Of a stretch of DNA of 63,315 bases, positions 14,489 through 28,915 are shown one piece after another; position 1 is the stretch's first letter, and each line of letters begins with the position of its first letter. The DNA is from Seison nebaliae. Its lineage: Eukaryota. The notes below the pieces were generated by a model that was given only the letters and a program-made list of their open reading frames with translations, did not search any database and was not told the DNA's origin. The stretch lies in NCBI GenBank assembly GCA_023231475.1, contig JALJEE010002763.1, forward strand, positions 1-63,315, written 5' to 3'. The position numbers and the translations under genes were made by a program.

Positions 14489-17112
14489 TCACAATTCATC
14501 TTTCACTTCTTCAATTTTATAAATTCGTTTCATCATTTTGAATAATTTCCCAATTTTCGAATCATTCGATTGATCGTCCAAAACGATTTTCTTCTTGAAA
14601 ATGATCTAAATCAGAGACTATGAAAATTAACATATGAAAAGAAAAAAACTTTCTTGAAAATTTCTGCAAATTCTCTAACGAAATTTGTTTTCACTAAATT
14701 TTTATTGAGTTCAATGAAAGAAGGAATATTATTTGATTCTTCATTCCATTCTTCGTTCAATTGTTCCACAGAAATATTTTGAGGTAGGGTTGCGATCATT
14801 CCTATCGTTATAATTAAGGGATGATGTTTAAGTAGATAATAGAATGATAAAAAATAAACTTTTAGGTAAATGTCGAAAGAAGTCGTTTAACATCAAATGC
14901 ACTTTCATTTTTATGCTTTTCCTGCACAATTTACATATAATTTTAACTACAAATAGAAACTAACGACGATTGGAAGATTTTTTGACGAGTTTCATGTAAA
15001 GTATTAAAAAAGTGTTGGATAAGATTGTATTTATTTGCCAAATTGATGTCTACGACATAAAATAAGGAATTTGGAATTGTCAATTTGATAGTTTTGAATT
15101 TGCCATTCTTCGGATTTTGATAATCTTTTAGAAAGATTTCCTTATTCTCACTGAGAATACATTGATTATTTTCTCCGAAATGTTGTCGAAAGAGGAATTG
15201 CTTAGCAAAATGGAGAGAGGAAGAGAATTCATAATCGATTGGAATGATATTGATATTTTGCACGATACATCTCTGATCTTTAAGTCGTTCATGAGAATGA
15301 AATAAAAGATGTTGTTGGACGACTGATGGAACGTCAACAGTTTTCGGGTTGACATTTTCCGATAATTTCGAATGCACCGGCTCACCCAAATGATAAGTTA
15401 ATTGCCAGTAGATTTGAAGGATTTTCAATTTTTGTAATTTCAAAATTATTAATCGATTATTGTCGTTGAAATTGATGGGTTGGTTTGTTTCATTAATGTC
15501 ATCAGACGACAAACCTTCCACATCATAAATATATGATTTCAATTGAGTTTGAGTTGAAATGAGATGAATATTAATTTGATATTTGAACAATTCTTCTTCA
15601 TATAAAGTTCTTGAGAGAATCATATTTATGATCGATGATCTATCTTCTGTCTCATCAATATATTTCTCATTTGAAGCAATAATCGATAGAATAAATAATT
15701 CTAATTGATATTCAACAGTCGTTGATCTATCTACAATCAAAATATAACAAATCTCATTATTTTTCTTTAATTCATTTCGTCTCATTTCAGATGCGTCGTC
15801 TTCGTTTTTCTTCTTTTCACGAACGGCAATTACATATTCATATTCTAATTCGTTTCGTATTCTCTTTACCAAATCATTCGATAATAATGTTCGCAAATTG
15901 TCAGGAAGAAATACTTTATCAGCAATACGACCACAAGGTGATTCGTTAACCATTGGTGATGCTTTGATGATTTTATTTAAGGCGTCGAAGAAAGTTTGAT
16001 GGAAATTTTGCCCATATTTCTTATAGTCGAATGTTTCGATCAAGAGATAAATGGCACGTAATAATGGATATCGGGAATCTAATTGAAATGATCGTCGATT
16101 GCCATGAAGAATTTTCACTTTGGCCGATTTCCTTTCATTTTCAAACAAACAAATATCTGAACGATAATTCCATTGAACGTCGATCTCTTTCAATTGATCA
16201 GGATGATAATAAAAATAAATATTCAATAAACATTGATCTCCCCATGTGATGTTATATTGGTATTTGTTTCTCAATGGAATCATTGCTTCTGAAAATTTCA
16301 CTTTTCTCATTTTCTTCAAATTCATATACATCACACCGGAATTGAGACCCCAATTTCCAAAGTATGGATGTCTAGCGAATCGCTTATACCAACTATTTGC
16401 ATCATGAACATGTTCCGATGCTAATAATGCCAAATGTGTATCATTCATCTGTTTAGATAATTTATACAATTCATTGATATCAGATAAAAACAATATATCC
16501 GTATCGACATATATCACTTCATCGATATCACTAAATAAATTCTATAAAATTGAATTTAATTCGAATTTAATAAAATTGTGATAGATATAATAGAAAATAA
16601 CCGGTAGAAATAGTCGTTGCGATGCACAAGTCTTAAATAACGATTTCCATTCGATATTATCAATTTTGGGAAATGTTAAATCATAAATTTCAAAAGTAAA
16701 TTTCCCTTTGAAATCAGTTAAATCTTTTTCAATCTAAAAATTTTCAAAAAACAAATAAATTTTAAATACTTAAAATTGAAAGAAAAGTAAACTTTAGTTT
16801 TTAGATTTTCTTGCAACTCTTTCTCCGCAACAATATGGAAAATTACCGATTCAGTTTTGGTTGAAAACATCAACACAGACTTAAGTAAGACTATAGTCTC
16901 ATTTGTTCTGTTGGAGAAGAGGAATCAATTGAAGTATATTTTCAAAAACTAATTTAACCGATCTCCACAAACCACCACAGCTAAATCGATCTTCTGAATA
17001 GATAAACTAGAGAATTTGAAATTTAAGAAAACTAAAGAAATTTGAAGAAATTTAACGAATTTATTGATAAAAATGTGATTGGAAGGAAAATCAGAAGAAA
17101 CGTCGACGTCAT
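14489..17112 (-). CDS. GXYLT1: Glucoside xylosyltransferase-like GT8 enzyme (GXYLT1/2 family) with signal peptide, long C-terminal extension and KDEL
   Basis: Motifs LAVVVCGDR, CASQRLFLP, IYVDTDILF, SWYKRFARHPYFG, GLNSGVMYMNL, WGDQCLLN and ILHGNR. Start MTSTFLLIFLPITFLSINS at 17112 and end ...EEVKDEL*. Introns 17007-17056, 16908-16958, 16734-16792, 16542-16601, 14922-14964, 14802-14859, 14606-14649. Confidence 0.85.
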
Positions 17113-17510
17113 CAATGAACTTATGGTAATGTACATTTGTTAATAAATCGAGAATGGAACTATGATGTTCACCTGAAGTTCTCAATATCTCGAAAATAAT
17201 TTGTTTGGAGACAATGCCAAAGAAAATTTTATTTTTTTCTTCTTTCCAACCAACTAAGTGATGAATCAAATTGAACTTCCAAGCTTCATTCTTGGAATTC
17301 TTTCACTTACTATTCGTCTTTCTGAGATTCTTTGAAATATTATATGATGCGGAACACAGAAACAGTTCCAATTATTCATATTACTCATAACTGAATGTTC
17401 AATTATGATAATTTAGATGACATGTGAAGTTATTGTGTGAAAAATTGTGTAATAGGAAATTCGCTACCATTAGAAATGGAATTTTTTAAAAAGAACCTTT
17501 TATATTTTAT

Positions 17511-18698
17511 TCAAACAATAATTTTTTTTGTCTGTAGTAAATTATCGAATAACATCATCATCGTTAACGGACCTACTCCTCGTGGGACAGGTGTTATAAT
17601 CGAACAATTAATATTCTTTTCATCTGCATCTCCACAAATGCTAAATTTACCATTTTCTATTTATATTTGTCAAATAAAACGTCCAGACATAAAGTAAACA
17701 AGAACCTTCAATCGAATTAATACCACAGTCGATGACAATCGAATCGTGTCTCACATGACACTCTTTTAAAAATCTCTTCTTGCCAATCGCAATTACGATT
17801 GCATCTTTCGACTTTAGTTCTTCTTCTAACTTCTCAGACTTCGAATGGTAAATTGTAACAGTCGCGTCGCGATGACGAAGCAAATTAGCTGTAGGGACAC
17901 CCACTTGAGATGAACGACCAACAACTCCGATAGTTTTGCCTTTCAATTTAAAATCTTCGAAAAAAATGAGAAGTTTAAAAATTTCTAAAAAATTAAAATA
18001 CCAAAATTCTGTTCAATATAATCGAAAATGTAAAGAATGGCTTTAGCTGTCGATGGAATAATCGCATTCTCCAAATAATTTGTACATACTCTCCCCGACA
18101 TCACATCGGTCAAACTATTTATGAAGAAGAGAAATAAAATTATTGTTCAACTACAACGAAGGAAGAAACCCGTCAACGTCTTTATTTGGACGGATCGAAT
18201 TAATAATCGAATGCTCTTCATTCTTCTTCAAATTTATCAAACCGATTGGCATCGTTAAAAGAATTCCGTTAATTTCTTCACAATCATTTAATTCTTTGAT
18301 TTTACTTATGATCTTCACATGATAAAGAATATTGGAATATTTGAATAAGACAAGGAAAGTGTGGAACTGTTTTATAGTTCGTCTTCTTCTCATAAGAGAA
18401 GACTTCGCAAATCATTCCATTATCTTTCAATTTTTTCTGAATTGTTTTCACATAAATTTTCGTTGATTCATCTTCATCTGTCTGAATTTTAGAGTATTTT
18501 TCATGAGAGAATGTTATGAAATAGTCACTCAACCATTATTATTACCATGTACGGAGTAGTATTGCAACATTTTATGAAATCGTCAACTTTTCCTTTTATA
18601 TTAAAATTCCTTTAGTTGGGACACATGAGCATGAGAGTATCATTAGAAAAATCGGATAACTTTACTAGTTCTGTTGTCGTCAAAATTGTTTTTCCCAT
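17511..18698 (-). CDS. Stand-alone FolD/MTHFD-type methylenetetrahydrofolate dehydrogenase/cyclohydrolase domain protein, divergent
   Basis: Motifs INGILL, KDVDG, VVGRSSQVGVP, DATVTIYHSKS, VIDCGIN and ITPVPRGVGPLT. Six short introns join the frames. Confidence 0.85.
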
Positions 18699-21600
18699 TT
18701 TCTTTCACAACTTCTTTAATTAATCAAAAATTATTTTGAGTATTGATAGAAGATTATGAGGTGAAAATAGTTGAAAGTTTTTCGTTAATTTCGTCACGCT
18801 TAAACTATTTTAAGGAGTTTAAGCTTTGTCAACATGAGACTCTCTATTCGAATTGTAGCGGATTACAATGATTTATAATGAATGGTCGAAACCAATTAAA
18901 ATTTAAAAGGACCATGAAGTTATAGAGATGAAGATCATATGTGAATACGTAGGATTGGTCGTTGGAGAACTGTATAAATTATATCAGATATAATGGCTAT
19001 ATTAACTTATGATAATCATCGTCAACAGTAATTGATCGCCACTCTAATCGATAATAAATTAGAAATCATTCAACTTTATCAAAATGTTTATCGAAATGTT
19101 TAATGGCTCTTCCACTCTTGTCAGTCGATTTGCATAATAATTGATTAAGTTCCTTTGTCAGTTCACTAATTCATTAACAAATATTTAATTCATATTTTTA
19201 ACGACTATCATCTTAAATGATTCTCCTCTTAGAAAGAAGGACGAGGAGAATAATGGTTATGATGATGATGTCTAGATCAACTCAATCGTCCTTTTTTTCC
19301 TGTTCTATTGAGTTCGTCGATAAATAGTCATACAGATTTATCCCTTTCTATGAAAGAGATCTACCTTTCTTGATATTTTCCTCTATTTTTTTCTTGTTAA
19401 ATGACAAATCGACAATGTTTACCAAAGGCGATGACAAACAATGAATATTAGCGGTTTCCACATTACTCCATAATTTCCATTTGTTTTACGATGTCTAGAA
19501 GAAAAAATTTTCTCGTAAAACTTCTCTCGATATGACCTTCGTATTCACTAAAAGTGTTGGATTGGAACTTATAATGTTTCCCATTTTTCGCACGATATCA
19601 AATCATTTGGGAACGTTAAGTATACAATTGAAGTCTGATTTGGAAGGAATATTCGGGTCAACCCAATCGTCGTAGGATATCATCATCGAATAATAATTAG
19701 GAATAAGATGATGGGAATGAAGTTGTGGAGGTTGAGTTGACCGCAATCTTTTCCTTAAACAATGTCCCATCTCACCTTCAACAAAAAACTATTTATAGAG
19801 AAAAGAAATGGAATAATTAAGTTGAAATGTCATTTATTCTTTGTCAACATTATTACTCTTTTTTCCATCAAACATAAAGGTGTGGTCTCCATCCTAATAC
19901 CTCATGTTTTACTCTCGATAATTATTAGTTTTATCAACGAGAAATATGTGTGAGATATTCATTCTCTCAGAACGAAATAAACTTTCTTTTCCATTTTTGT
20001 AAAGACCAAATTAAGTATGAAGTTAATGCACGATAGAAAGTGATGTACGTACGTATTTATTGATTAACAAATGATGGTGAACTCGATCATTAACCGAAGT
20101 ATGTTATTGACTGAAGGATATTAGTTATCGGAATGCCCCTCAGTTATACTTCTAATTAAATTTCAATGATCTTTTTATGGTTAGTGTCGTGGAAACAAGA
20201 AAATATACTTTATGGAATTCCAATAAGGAAAGTTAAGTATCATTTGGATAGTTGGGGAGGATAGATGACTCGGTTAGATTTCTGATATGAAAAGCGTAAT
20301 ATTTTCCTATTCCAACTATTCTTTTATCCGTTTAAGAGAAGTGAACTCGATGTCGATGTGGGTAAGTCACGATAATAGTAGAGTAAAAAACTGAATTTTG
20401 AGGGGAAGGCGAGGGGACGAATTTCCGGATTCTTTTCTTTACAACATCTTGTACAACTCTTTCCACTACTTCTAATATATAATCGTCTTCCATCGGGAAC
20501 TAGTAGTAAAATAGTTTTTAATAAAATTCTAGAAAGTGGATGTCAATGGGATGAATGGTTGAATAGAATATTTAAGAAGATTTCTTCTTTGACATCACAT
20601 ATGGAATGAGGAATGTAATCGAAAGACAAGACGATGTTGTTTCTTTTCTTTTTTTTGAGGAGGAAAGGAAAGACGATTTTATTTCCAGGAATCTCATGTT
20701 TCACGATTATGTAATCATGTTTCATGAGAATACTAACAACAATAATCGAATAGCAACTGATAAAGATAATAAGAAGAATCATAAATAAATAATGTGATAA
20801 GATATTTGACGACGAAAATAATGATAATACGATTGTTGATGATATGATATTATCTGATTATCATTGTTATTTATATAATAAGCGAGGAATACAATTGTAT
20901 AGTTTAACGAATCTTTTTCTTTCTTTCTCCCTCATTTCATCTTCATCATTTCATCATCTTCAATTCTCATTGAGGATAATAGAAGAGAATTCATCGAAAT
21001 TATGTTGCTTGCTCATACATTTTACTCCCGATTCATCCTATTCAATAATTACGTACATGTAACAATGAAGAATATGCAATGAATCACATATCGTTTAGAT
21101 CTTTTTCCCCGTTCCCTTTTTTTCCCGTTAGCTTCATATACCAAATATTCTCTTTGATTCAATTCGAAAATATTTCTCTTTTTCTTCCTTCTCTCATTCA
21201 TTATCTGTTGTTGATTCATTCAATCGCTTTATCAGTTTCATTTAATTATCATCATAATCAATTCAACTATTATGTGATAAGAACTTTATCAATACCTCCA
21301 CGTACCTCACTCACACTTTTTTTGGAAGTGGAAATTAATGTACATTATTATTATTAATAACCATATAACTCTTATTAGGATGAATACTATAAGAACAAGA
21401 ACAACAAGAACAACAACAAGAATAATAAAGATAATAATTAAAATTATGAAAGAATAATCATCTTTTTCTACAACAGGTTTTCTTGATCAAGAAAGAAACG
21501 GAAAGTCTCCAAAATGAATTATGAAGAAGATGTCCATTATCACTTATTAATTATTCGAGTGAAGTATCTTTCTTGTATACGCACTGACAATAATTTCATT

Positions 21601-24013
21601 CCTTCCCTCCTTTAACATCAAACGAAATTGCTTCATTCTTATTATGATAATTCTGTTTAGACATCGTTTTTTAATTTATTACGTTAAGACATTTGAATAT
21701 CAAAAGCTATTTCCAAAACGATATTTATGTCAAACATAAATTATGCAAAAAAAAGAGAATAAACTGTTTAACCGAAAAATAAAACCATCACTTATTGATG
21801 ATTCAGAATCGTTTTTGAAAAATATTATCGAATCGATTTAACCGATTTTATCTTTATTCTTCATAAATTATTTACTCATCAATAAAGTTTTTTGTATCAC
21901 CAATGTTTATACATTTTCTGAAGAATAATTCCATTGATTCATAAACATTATCAGCATTGGATCAATAATGGTGGTTTAATTATTAATTTAATTAAATATT
22001 GAGAGGAAGTTCCTTTCCTAAACTACGACGATGTTGATGTTAATGAGAATGATGTAATCATGGGGAATATTGTTAATTTTATTCATGTCATTTCGTTCTA
22101 TTTACGAATTGATCGATATTGATTTTTCCATTAACAATTTTTTCAGAAAATAATTCATATGTTCATTTCCCATATGTATCTCCACTCGAAATGGCACCAC
22201 ATCGTCAATATCAGTAACAGTCATTCTTCACATGTACTATAGATTATTAGTTCTTTATTGAAGAGAGGAAAGGAAATATGTTAGACATAAGACAACCAGA
22301 CCTAATACGATTAGTCGTCAAAAAAAAAATAATGAAGACGGCGGGTATTTTAGAAAAAATAATGTAATCGACAACATGATAATAATAATGCCACTCCTTA
22401 ATTTTGTTTCCTGTCCACCATATTCCTTCATCGTTCACTTGTCCAATTCTTCATGTTGTTTCCGATAACAAATTAATTCATTACAGGTGATAATTTCAAT
22501 TCGAAACAATCAATAAAAGTAATCGAGTTAACTTAATTGTTTCTAACTTAACACTTTCAATGGCAACAAATAATAATCATTATTAAATAATGTTGCGATG
22601 AGAGTTACTTCGTCCAATAATTTCCTTTTTACAAAAATCCGATATTGATTTTCTATTTACTAATTAACAAAATATCTAATTAACAAACCGTAAATATCTT
22701 TTCCGCATTCTGATGAGGAATGTGATTGAGTGTATGTCAACAAAGAATTAAAAAGAAAAATACTTATCAGTATTTCCGTTAAAATTCTCTTCTCCGATGA
22801 TTGATGTGTCTCGGGCTTGGGTGAAACTGAATTGAAGTTGTTTGTTCAATATTCCCCAAATTAACTAATTCCATTTGTTTAATGAAAATGATTATTAGTT
22901 CATGTTAAGTCGATTGGTAGTGGATGTTCTTCTGTTCTGAAATCGAACTTTCTTCCACTTCATCATTCGTTTGACAGATGTTACGAGAATGAAGAAATTC
23001 TCATCAAATTTCTCCTCATTATTCGAGTTCTAATAATTTAATTTTAAGTGAAATTACTTTACTTTTTTCGGTTCCCAGATCAAATTTTTATTTGTTCATC
23101 TTCACTTCCTTCGTTTGCATGTTCTCCTCTTTTTCCGGTGATTGCATCATCCGATTTAAGAAAGACCAAGGTCTTAATTCTATTCGTTTAAAGATATGAT
23201 CATTTCACACTAAAAGGAATTTAAAACGAAGGAAAACAGCATCGTATTTCATCCAACAGTTGGCATTGTATTATTCATTTCCTTTCGTATTAGGCGACCA
23301 TATCTCTTCTTTCTTCTTACCAAATGTAAATATTGATTGAACATGATTCATTTACAAATATTTCATAAATTTGATTCATAATAATCAAATATCTCTTATT
23401 CTCTCTTATCTTCCTTCTAATTTGACTGGAAACTAACGATAACACTAATAATCTTATCATTGTACTGCTGAATGAATGAACAACTCGACTATGACTGACT
23501 AACTGACTGTCTGTCTGACTCATTATTAAATTCAGTCAAAGTAGTTCCTTCCGATCGATCGGTTGCATTTCCGTTTTATCATAATCTATTCGAACGATTT
23601 GTTCGGACCATAAGAATTATGGAATTTATAGAAGATCCTGATTATAAATTTATTGGAAACACAAATGAAATTTTTTCATTTTTCTCTTTAGACCTATTTT
23701 TACTAATCATTCGATGGCGATTACTAAGGAATAAAAAAAATTTTCTTGTCATCCAATTATCGTAATTTTTTTCATTTTCGAACATCAATATTCAACTGTC
23801 ACAACAACAACAACAATTGTTCGTTAGACGACGAACTGAATTGTTTCAATATTCCAATAGAACAACCTCATTCAGTAGTATACAAAATATTATATTGAGG
23901 AAGAAAAAAAAGTTTCTTAGCAAGCTAAATATAACGACGAAAAAAAAATGCTTTCTGAAGAATTATATTAAAATCTCATATCTCTCTTACCATTCATTTC
24001 GATTGATGATAAT

Positions 24014-27000
24014 ATGATGAAAGTAGAAACAAGTGAACAAATACCAAATGGACTCAATGAGGAATCGATCGGTAGCAGATCAATTGCATTTCATGGTATC
24101 GATAATGAGAAAACACCATCGCCCGATAATTGTTCGAAAGTTGGTGCTTGGAATTCTCAGAATCGGAGAGAAATTTGTTTTCGTTGTCAATCGACCGTTT
24201 ATCCCATTGAACGTATCGGTCCAGTGAAACAGAAAGTCTACCATAAATTATGTTTCACTTGTACGACATGTAATCGACAATTGGATTTGAAGACATATCA
24301 TATCAATCAAATTGATTTGAACGACCGAGAAGTTTATTGTCAACGAGATGCACCCAAAACAGGTAAAGGCGTTTTCGGCGCTGAAGCAATAGGTATTTCA
24401 CACGTTCTTCGTGCCCCAAAACTGAATGTAATGGGGAAAGTCGAAGGAAAGTTGAAACCGGCGTCTTATGACGCACAAGCATTACACATCAAATATCCGA
24501 TGCAGGCACAACGATTGAAAGACATCACTAAACACATTCAAGGAATGCATCATTATCCTGCATTACCAGTTAGTAATTTTGCTTATAATCTTTCAAGAAA
24601 TATTTCTGGAAAATTTGTGGGACTTTTGAAAAAAAATTTTTTTGAGAAAAATATTTTAAGACTATTTTCTTTTCAAGAAATTTATATGATTTTTATTTTC
24701 ACTATTTCAGCTCTCATCAAATGTTAGTTAACTTAAATTTCCATGTCGTAAAAATTGAGAACTTCTTTTCTAACCTTACCAATTCTAATCGGTTGTCATT
24801 ACCATATGATGATTTCCATCAAATAGTTCTTGAATATCGTTCGTATGAAAAATTCCTTTGGAATTCATCTCCTTCTTCAGCTTCCATTTATTCCATCATA
24901 CTTTTCAAATATTATTTCTTATTGACATATTCTCTTTCTAATGAAACTAAATATGCAAATAACAATATCTTTCCTGTTAACAATTATCATAACCTCCACA
25001 CGATAACTATATTATATATCTATTGTTTTTAACTGACTGGGAATCGGGATTCATCTCAGAAAATTAATCTCAATATAATTCCTGAGAATATTCAATAATT
25101 ATTCTTCAAAAACCATTCTCCACTTGTCTTACCCTTCCTCTCATCATTTATTCAGAATTATTAATTCTTTCTCATATTCTTCTTTTTTTACATATTTATA
25201 TATCTCTCGACGTGTTCTCAATAATTATCGTAGTTCAATATTAAACGAGTTAGTCCGTCAAAGGTAGGAAAACTTCTTAACATAACCAAAATCACTTCAA
25301 ATCGGCCCCACCATCTAATTTAATTTTTCCTGTTTTATTTTAGTTTAATTTCTTTCGACAGTCCAACAAATATTATTTTGTTTATCATTTATTTAATTTA
25401 GTACAATCTATGAAAATTGAGCACCATTATCTAAGTTCATTTCATCCGAATACGACAAGCTAAACACAAAACAAATTTTAATTCAATTCCATATTTTATC
25501 ATTTTAACCTAAGTCAACTTCCGAAATTTTTGAATGATCTCTAATTTTTATGATGATTTTCAGCCTGAAGTATCAGAAGTGGCAAGGAAGAAGATTTTGT
25601 TGGCGCAACGAGATCTGGAAGCTCAACAACGTTTGGAAGAAGAAAAAATTTTGGAAAGTTTCAGAAAGAAAAGTAAACAAGCGGAATCGGAAGCCGAGAA
25701 ACAAGTCACAGAAGAATGGGAGAATCGACTGAAAGAAATTACGAATCAATATGAACAGAATATAAAGAACTATCAGAAAGATGATAAAGTTGATTCATTT
25801 TTATCATTAATAAATTTATCATAAATTATCCTCATCGATTATTTTCAGGATGCTTTAACATTGAGATATCATCATGAAAGAAGTGAATTAGAGAAAGCGA
25901 TGACATTGAAAAAATCGACAAAGAAACGAGACATCCGCAAGACACTCCAAATGGAAATTCAAGAGAATACTGCTCAAATGGTCACTGAATTCTCTGATAA
26001 AATGATTCGAATGATTCGAGATAAAGAAAAGGAAATTCTCGTTTAATTTTTTTTCAAATATCATTACATTTGAATGTTTTATCGAAAAATAGAAAAATGT
26101 TGTTGAGGAGGCAGTTGGTGAAGATAATGCAGCTGTCATCACAGAACAAATGGAGAACATAAATCTTTTCGCCACTTCCAGTACCATACCACCACCGGCC
26201 CCACCGAGGAGACGTAAACGAGATTTATATGATTCGCCCAACATTTTCAACTACGTCGATGAGCAAGCGATAAATGTTGCACAATCTGATCAGACATCTT
26301 ATACGGAATTAGTTGATCAGTTGATTGACGGATTGTCGACGGATTTAGAGAAGGCGCGAGCCATATTCAGATGGATTACTGTGAAAGATTTAAATGCGAT
26401 TGACTTTGAAGAGAATATTAGTTCCGATTCACCTTTCGGTCTTCTTAAAGGCATTAAATATGGCATCGAAACTTATCATACATTATTCATGAGATTATGC
26501 AGGTTAATTTCTTCATTTTTATCATTTCTCCAAATTCTTTTAAAGTTTCGCTGGAATGCCATGTGTCGACATCAAGGGCCATAGTAAGAGTGTTGGATAT
26601 GAACCTGGAATGAAGATTACTCCTGGAAAATTCACCAATACTTGGAATGCTGTACTCATCGATGGTGAATGGAGATTTGTTCAATGCAATTGGGGTGCAC
26701 GGTTCAAATTTCTAATAATAATAATAATAATATCTTATAAAAATTTCATTTTAGACATTTAGTTATGAGTAAAGATAAGAAAGCTAAAGAAAATAGTATG
26801 ACAATGAATAATAATAATAATAATAAGGTTGAATCAAACAACAACAACATCAACCATCATACAAGTAATGGTGATAGTTCATCGAATGGGAATCGTCCAT
26901 CACGCGATAATATCAAATATCAATATGATGAACATTATTTCTGTCCGGATCCAGAAGATTTCATACTAGAATTCTTCCCAAACGATAACAATTGGCAGTT

Positions 27001-28594
27001 ATTGGAAGAAAAGATCTCGTTACAACAATTCGAACGATTACCATTCGTCAGATCATTATTTTTTCATTATCATCTCTCATTCGTTAATCAACGTCAAGCG
27101 ATCATTCAAACGAATCAACGTGGTGCATGTGACATTAAATTACGAATGCCAGAAGAATATAAGGAGCGTTTGGCATTCCATTTCCATTTAAGATTAGCAG
27201 GAAAAGATGAACAAACTGAATTTCAAAATGTCAAATTAGAACGTTATGTATTACATACAGTATCGGATGATATCGTATCGTTTAATGTTCATGTTCCGAA
27301 ACCGAACAATAATTATTTTATAGAAATCTTCGCGTCTCTCGTGGACAAAGATCTGAATGCATTTGGCGATTCATTTAAATTGAAATGTATCTGTAAATAT
27401 TTGATTAGATGTGAACAATTAACACAACGAATGCATCCATTACCATCATGTGCGAGTGGTGAATGGGGTCCAATGAAAGCGATTCGTCATTTCGGTATAA
27501 TTCCACTCACTCATCGTTGTGCGATTGTGGAAGTGAATTATGCGCAATTACAATTACATTTCGAAGTGCCAAAAGCTTCATTAAAATTCCATGCCCGATT
27601 GCATCATAATTCGATGACGAATGAATTGAATCGTTGTTGTCGAGCGGAAATGTTGGGAGGAAATACGAGGCAATTAGTCGTAACTGTCGACTTACCAGAC
27701 GAAGGACAATATGGACTCGATTTATATGCGAGAGATCCGATGATGCAAACTGAAAGGAAAACTATGTCACATTGTTGTAAATATTTAATTAATTTCGCAC
27801 GAAGAGGTTCACCAAAATTAGGTGCTGTGGTTCCAATCCTTCAACAATTAGGAATCCAACCACTTAATTTACCCGATCCCATTATCACTACAGAAGTGCC
27901 GAATATCGACATACAATTTCAAATGACCAAAGCAGTCGAATTCTCCATCGATTTACGACGGGAACAAGATCAAGCTTCATTGAAAATTCCTGATCATGTT
28001 TCCATTAGACAGATGGGATATACTGTCAATTTCACTCTCACCTTACCAAATCCTGCGTCTTATATATTTACTATTTATGCCGGTACGGAACAGAAGGATC
28101 TTCCTGTCGTTTACACATATCTCATCAATTATTATAATCGACCTGTCAAATCATCAAGTTCTCCCACCAAACTTTTAGACGCCGTTGATGGTGATAATAA
28201 TAATGAGAAAATAATTTCGAAATCTCAAAGAAATAAATGTCTGAATCCTCCTCCGCCTCCTCCTCCTCAACAACCACAACAACCACATCATTATCATCAT
28301 CATCACAATAATAATAATAATAATAATATTAAAGTTTCTCAATCGAACAATATTAATAACGATAATATTATCAATAATAATAATAACAATTATCATCTCC
28401 AACATCCTCATTCTCATCATCATCTCCATAATCATCTTCATCAAAATGGAGTTAAAGTCAAAGATAATTTGAAGAATAATAACGGCTATTATATAACAAA
28501 TGGAAATTATGTCAAATCCAGTCATCCAAACAAGAAAATCCATGTCAACGGAAATTTAAATCAATTTGACTATAATCTCACTGGTCGTCCATAA
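24014..28594 (+). CDS. Hillarin-like protein A (LIM domain, coiled coil, transglutaminase-like domain, Ig-like repeats)
   Basis: LIM CFRC...HKLCFTCTTC...C, 'DLEKARAIFRWITVKDLN', 'GIETYHTLFMRLCSFAG', 'NTWNAVLIDGEWRFVQCNWGAR' and 'YDEHYFCPDP'. Introns 24569-25563, 25789-25848, 26041-26092, 26503-26545, 26702-26754. Confidence 0.88.
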
Positions 28595-28915
28595 ACTTTA
28601 TTTACTCATCTTTTATGGTGAAAGAAGAAATCTAAACAAAATGCTTAAAGGCAGATGAACTCATTAGATCTTCTCTTCAATTTTATCTCTTCTTCCTATT
28701 TTTTGTATAGTTGCTCCGACTTATCCAGTTTGTGACGACCTGACCTTCATTTTAATAAAATAACAACATTCCATCATTTCTCTTCATATTGACATCTTTC
28801 TTTTAAACAATTTTCTTGCCTTTTTGTTTACTTAAAAATTTCTTGGAGACAATTCATTCAGGTTGGGAACATTTGTCAAATCATTTCCATTTCTAAGAAC
28901 CATCCAAGTTGAAAT

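Noticed and set aside
19000..23900. Short ORFs in intergenic and antisense positions (also elsewhere in the ORF track)
   Set aside because: These are low-complexity F/I/L/S-rich translations typical of AT-rich non-coding DNA or shadows of real genes.
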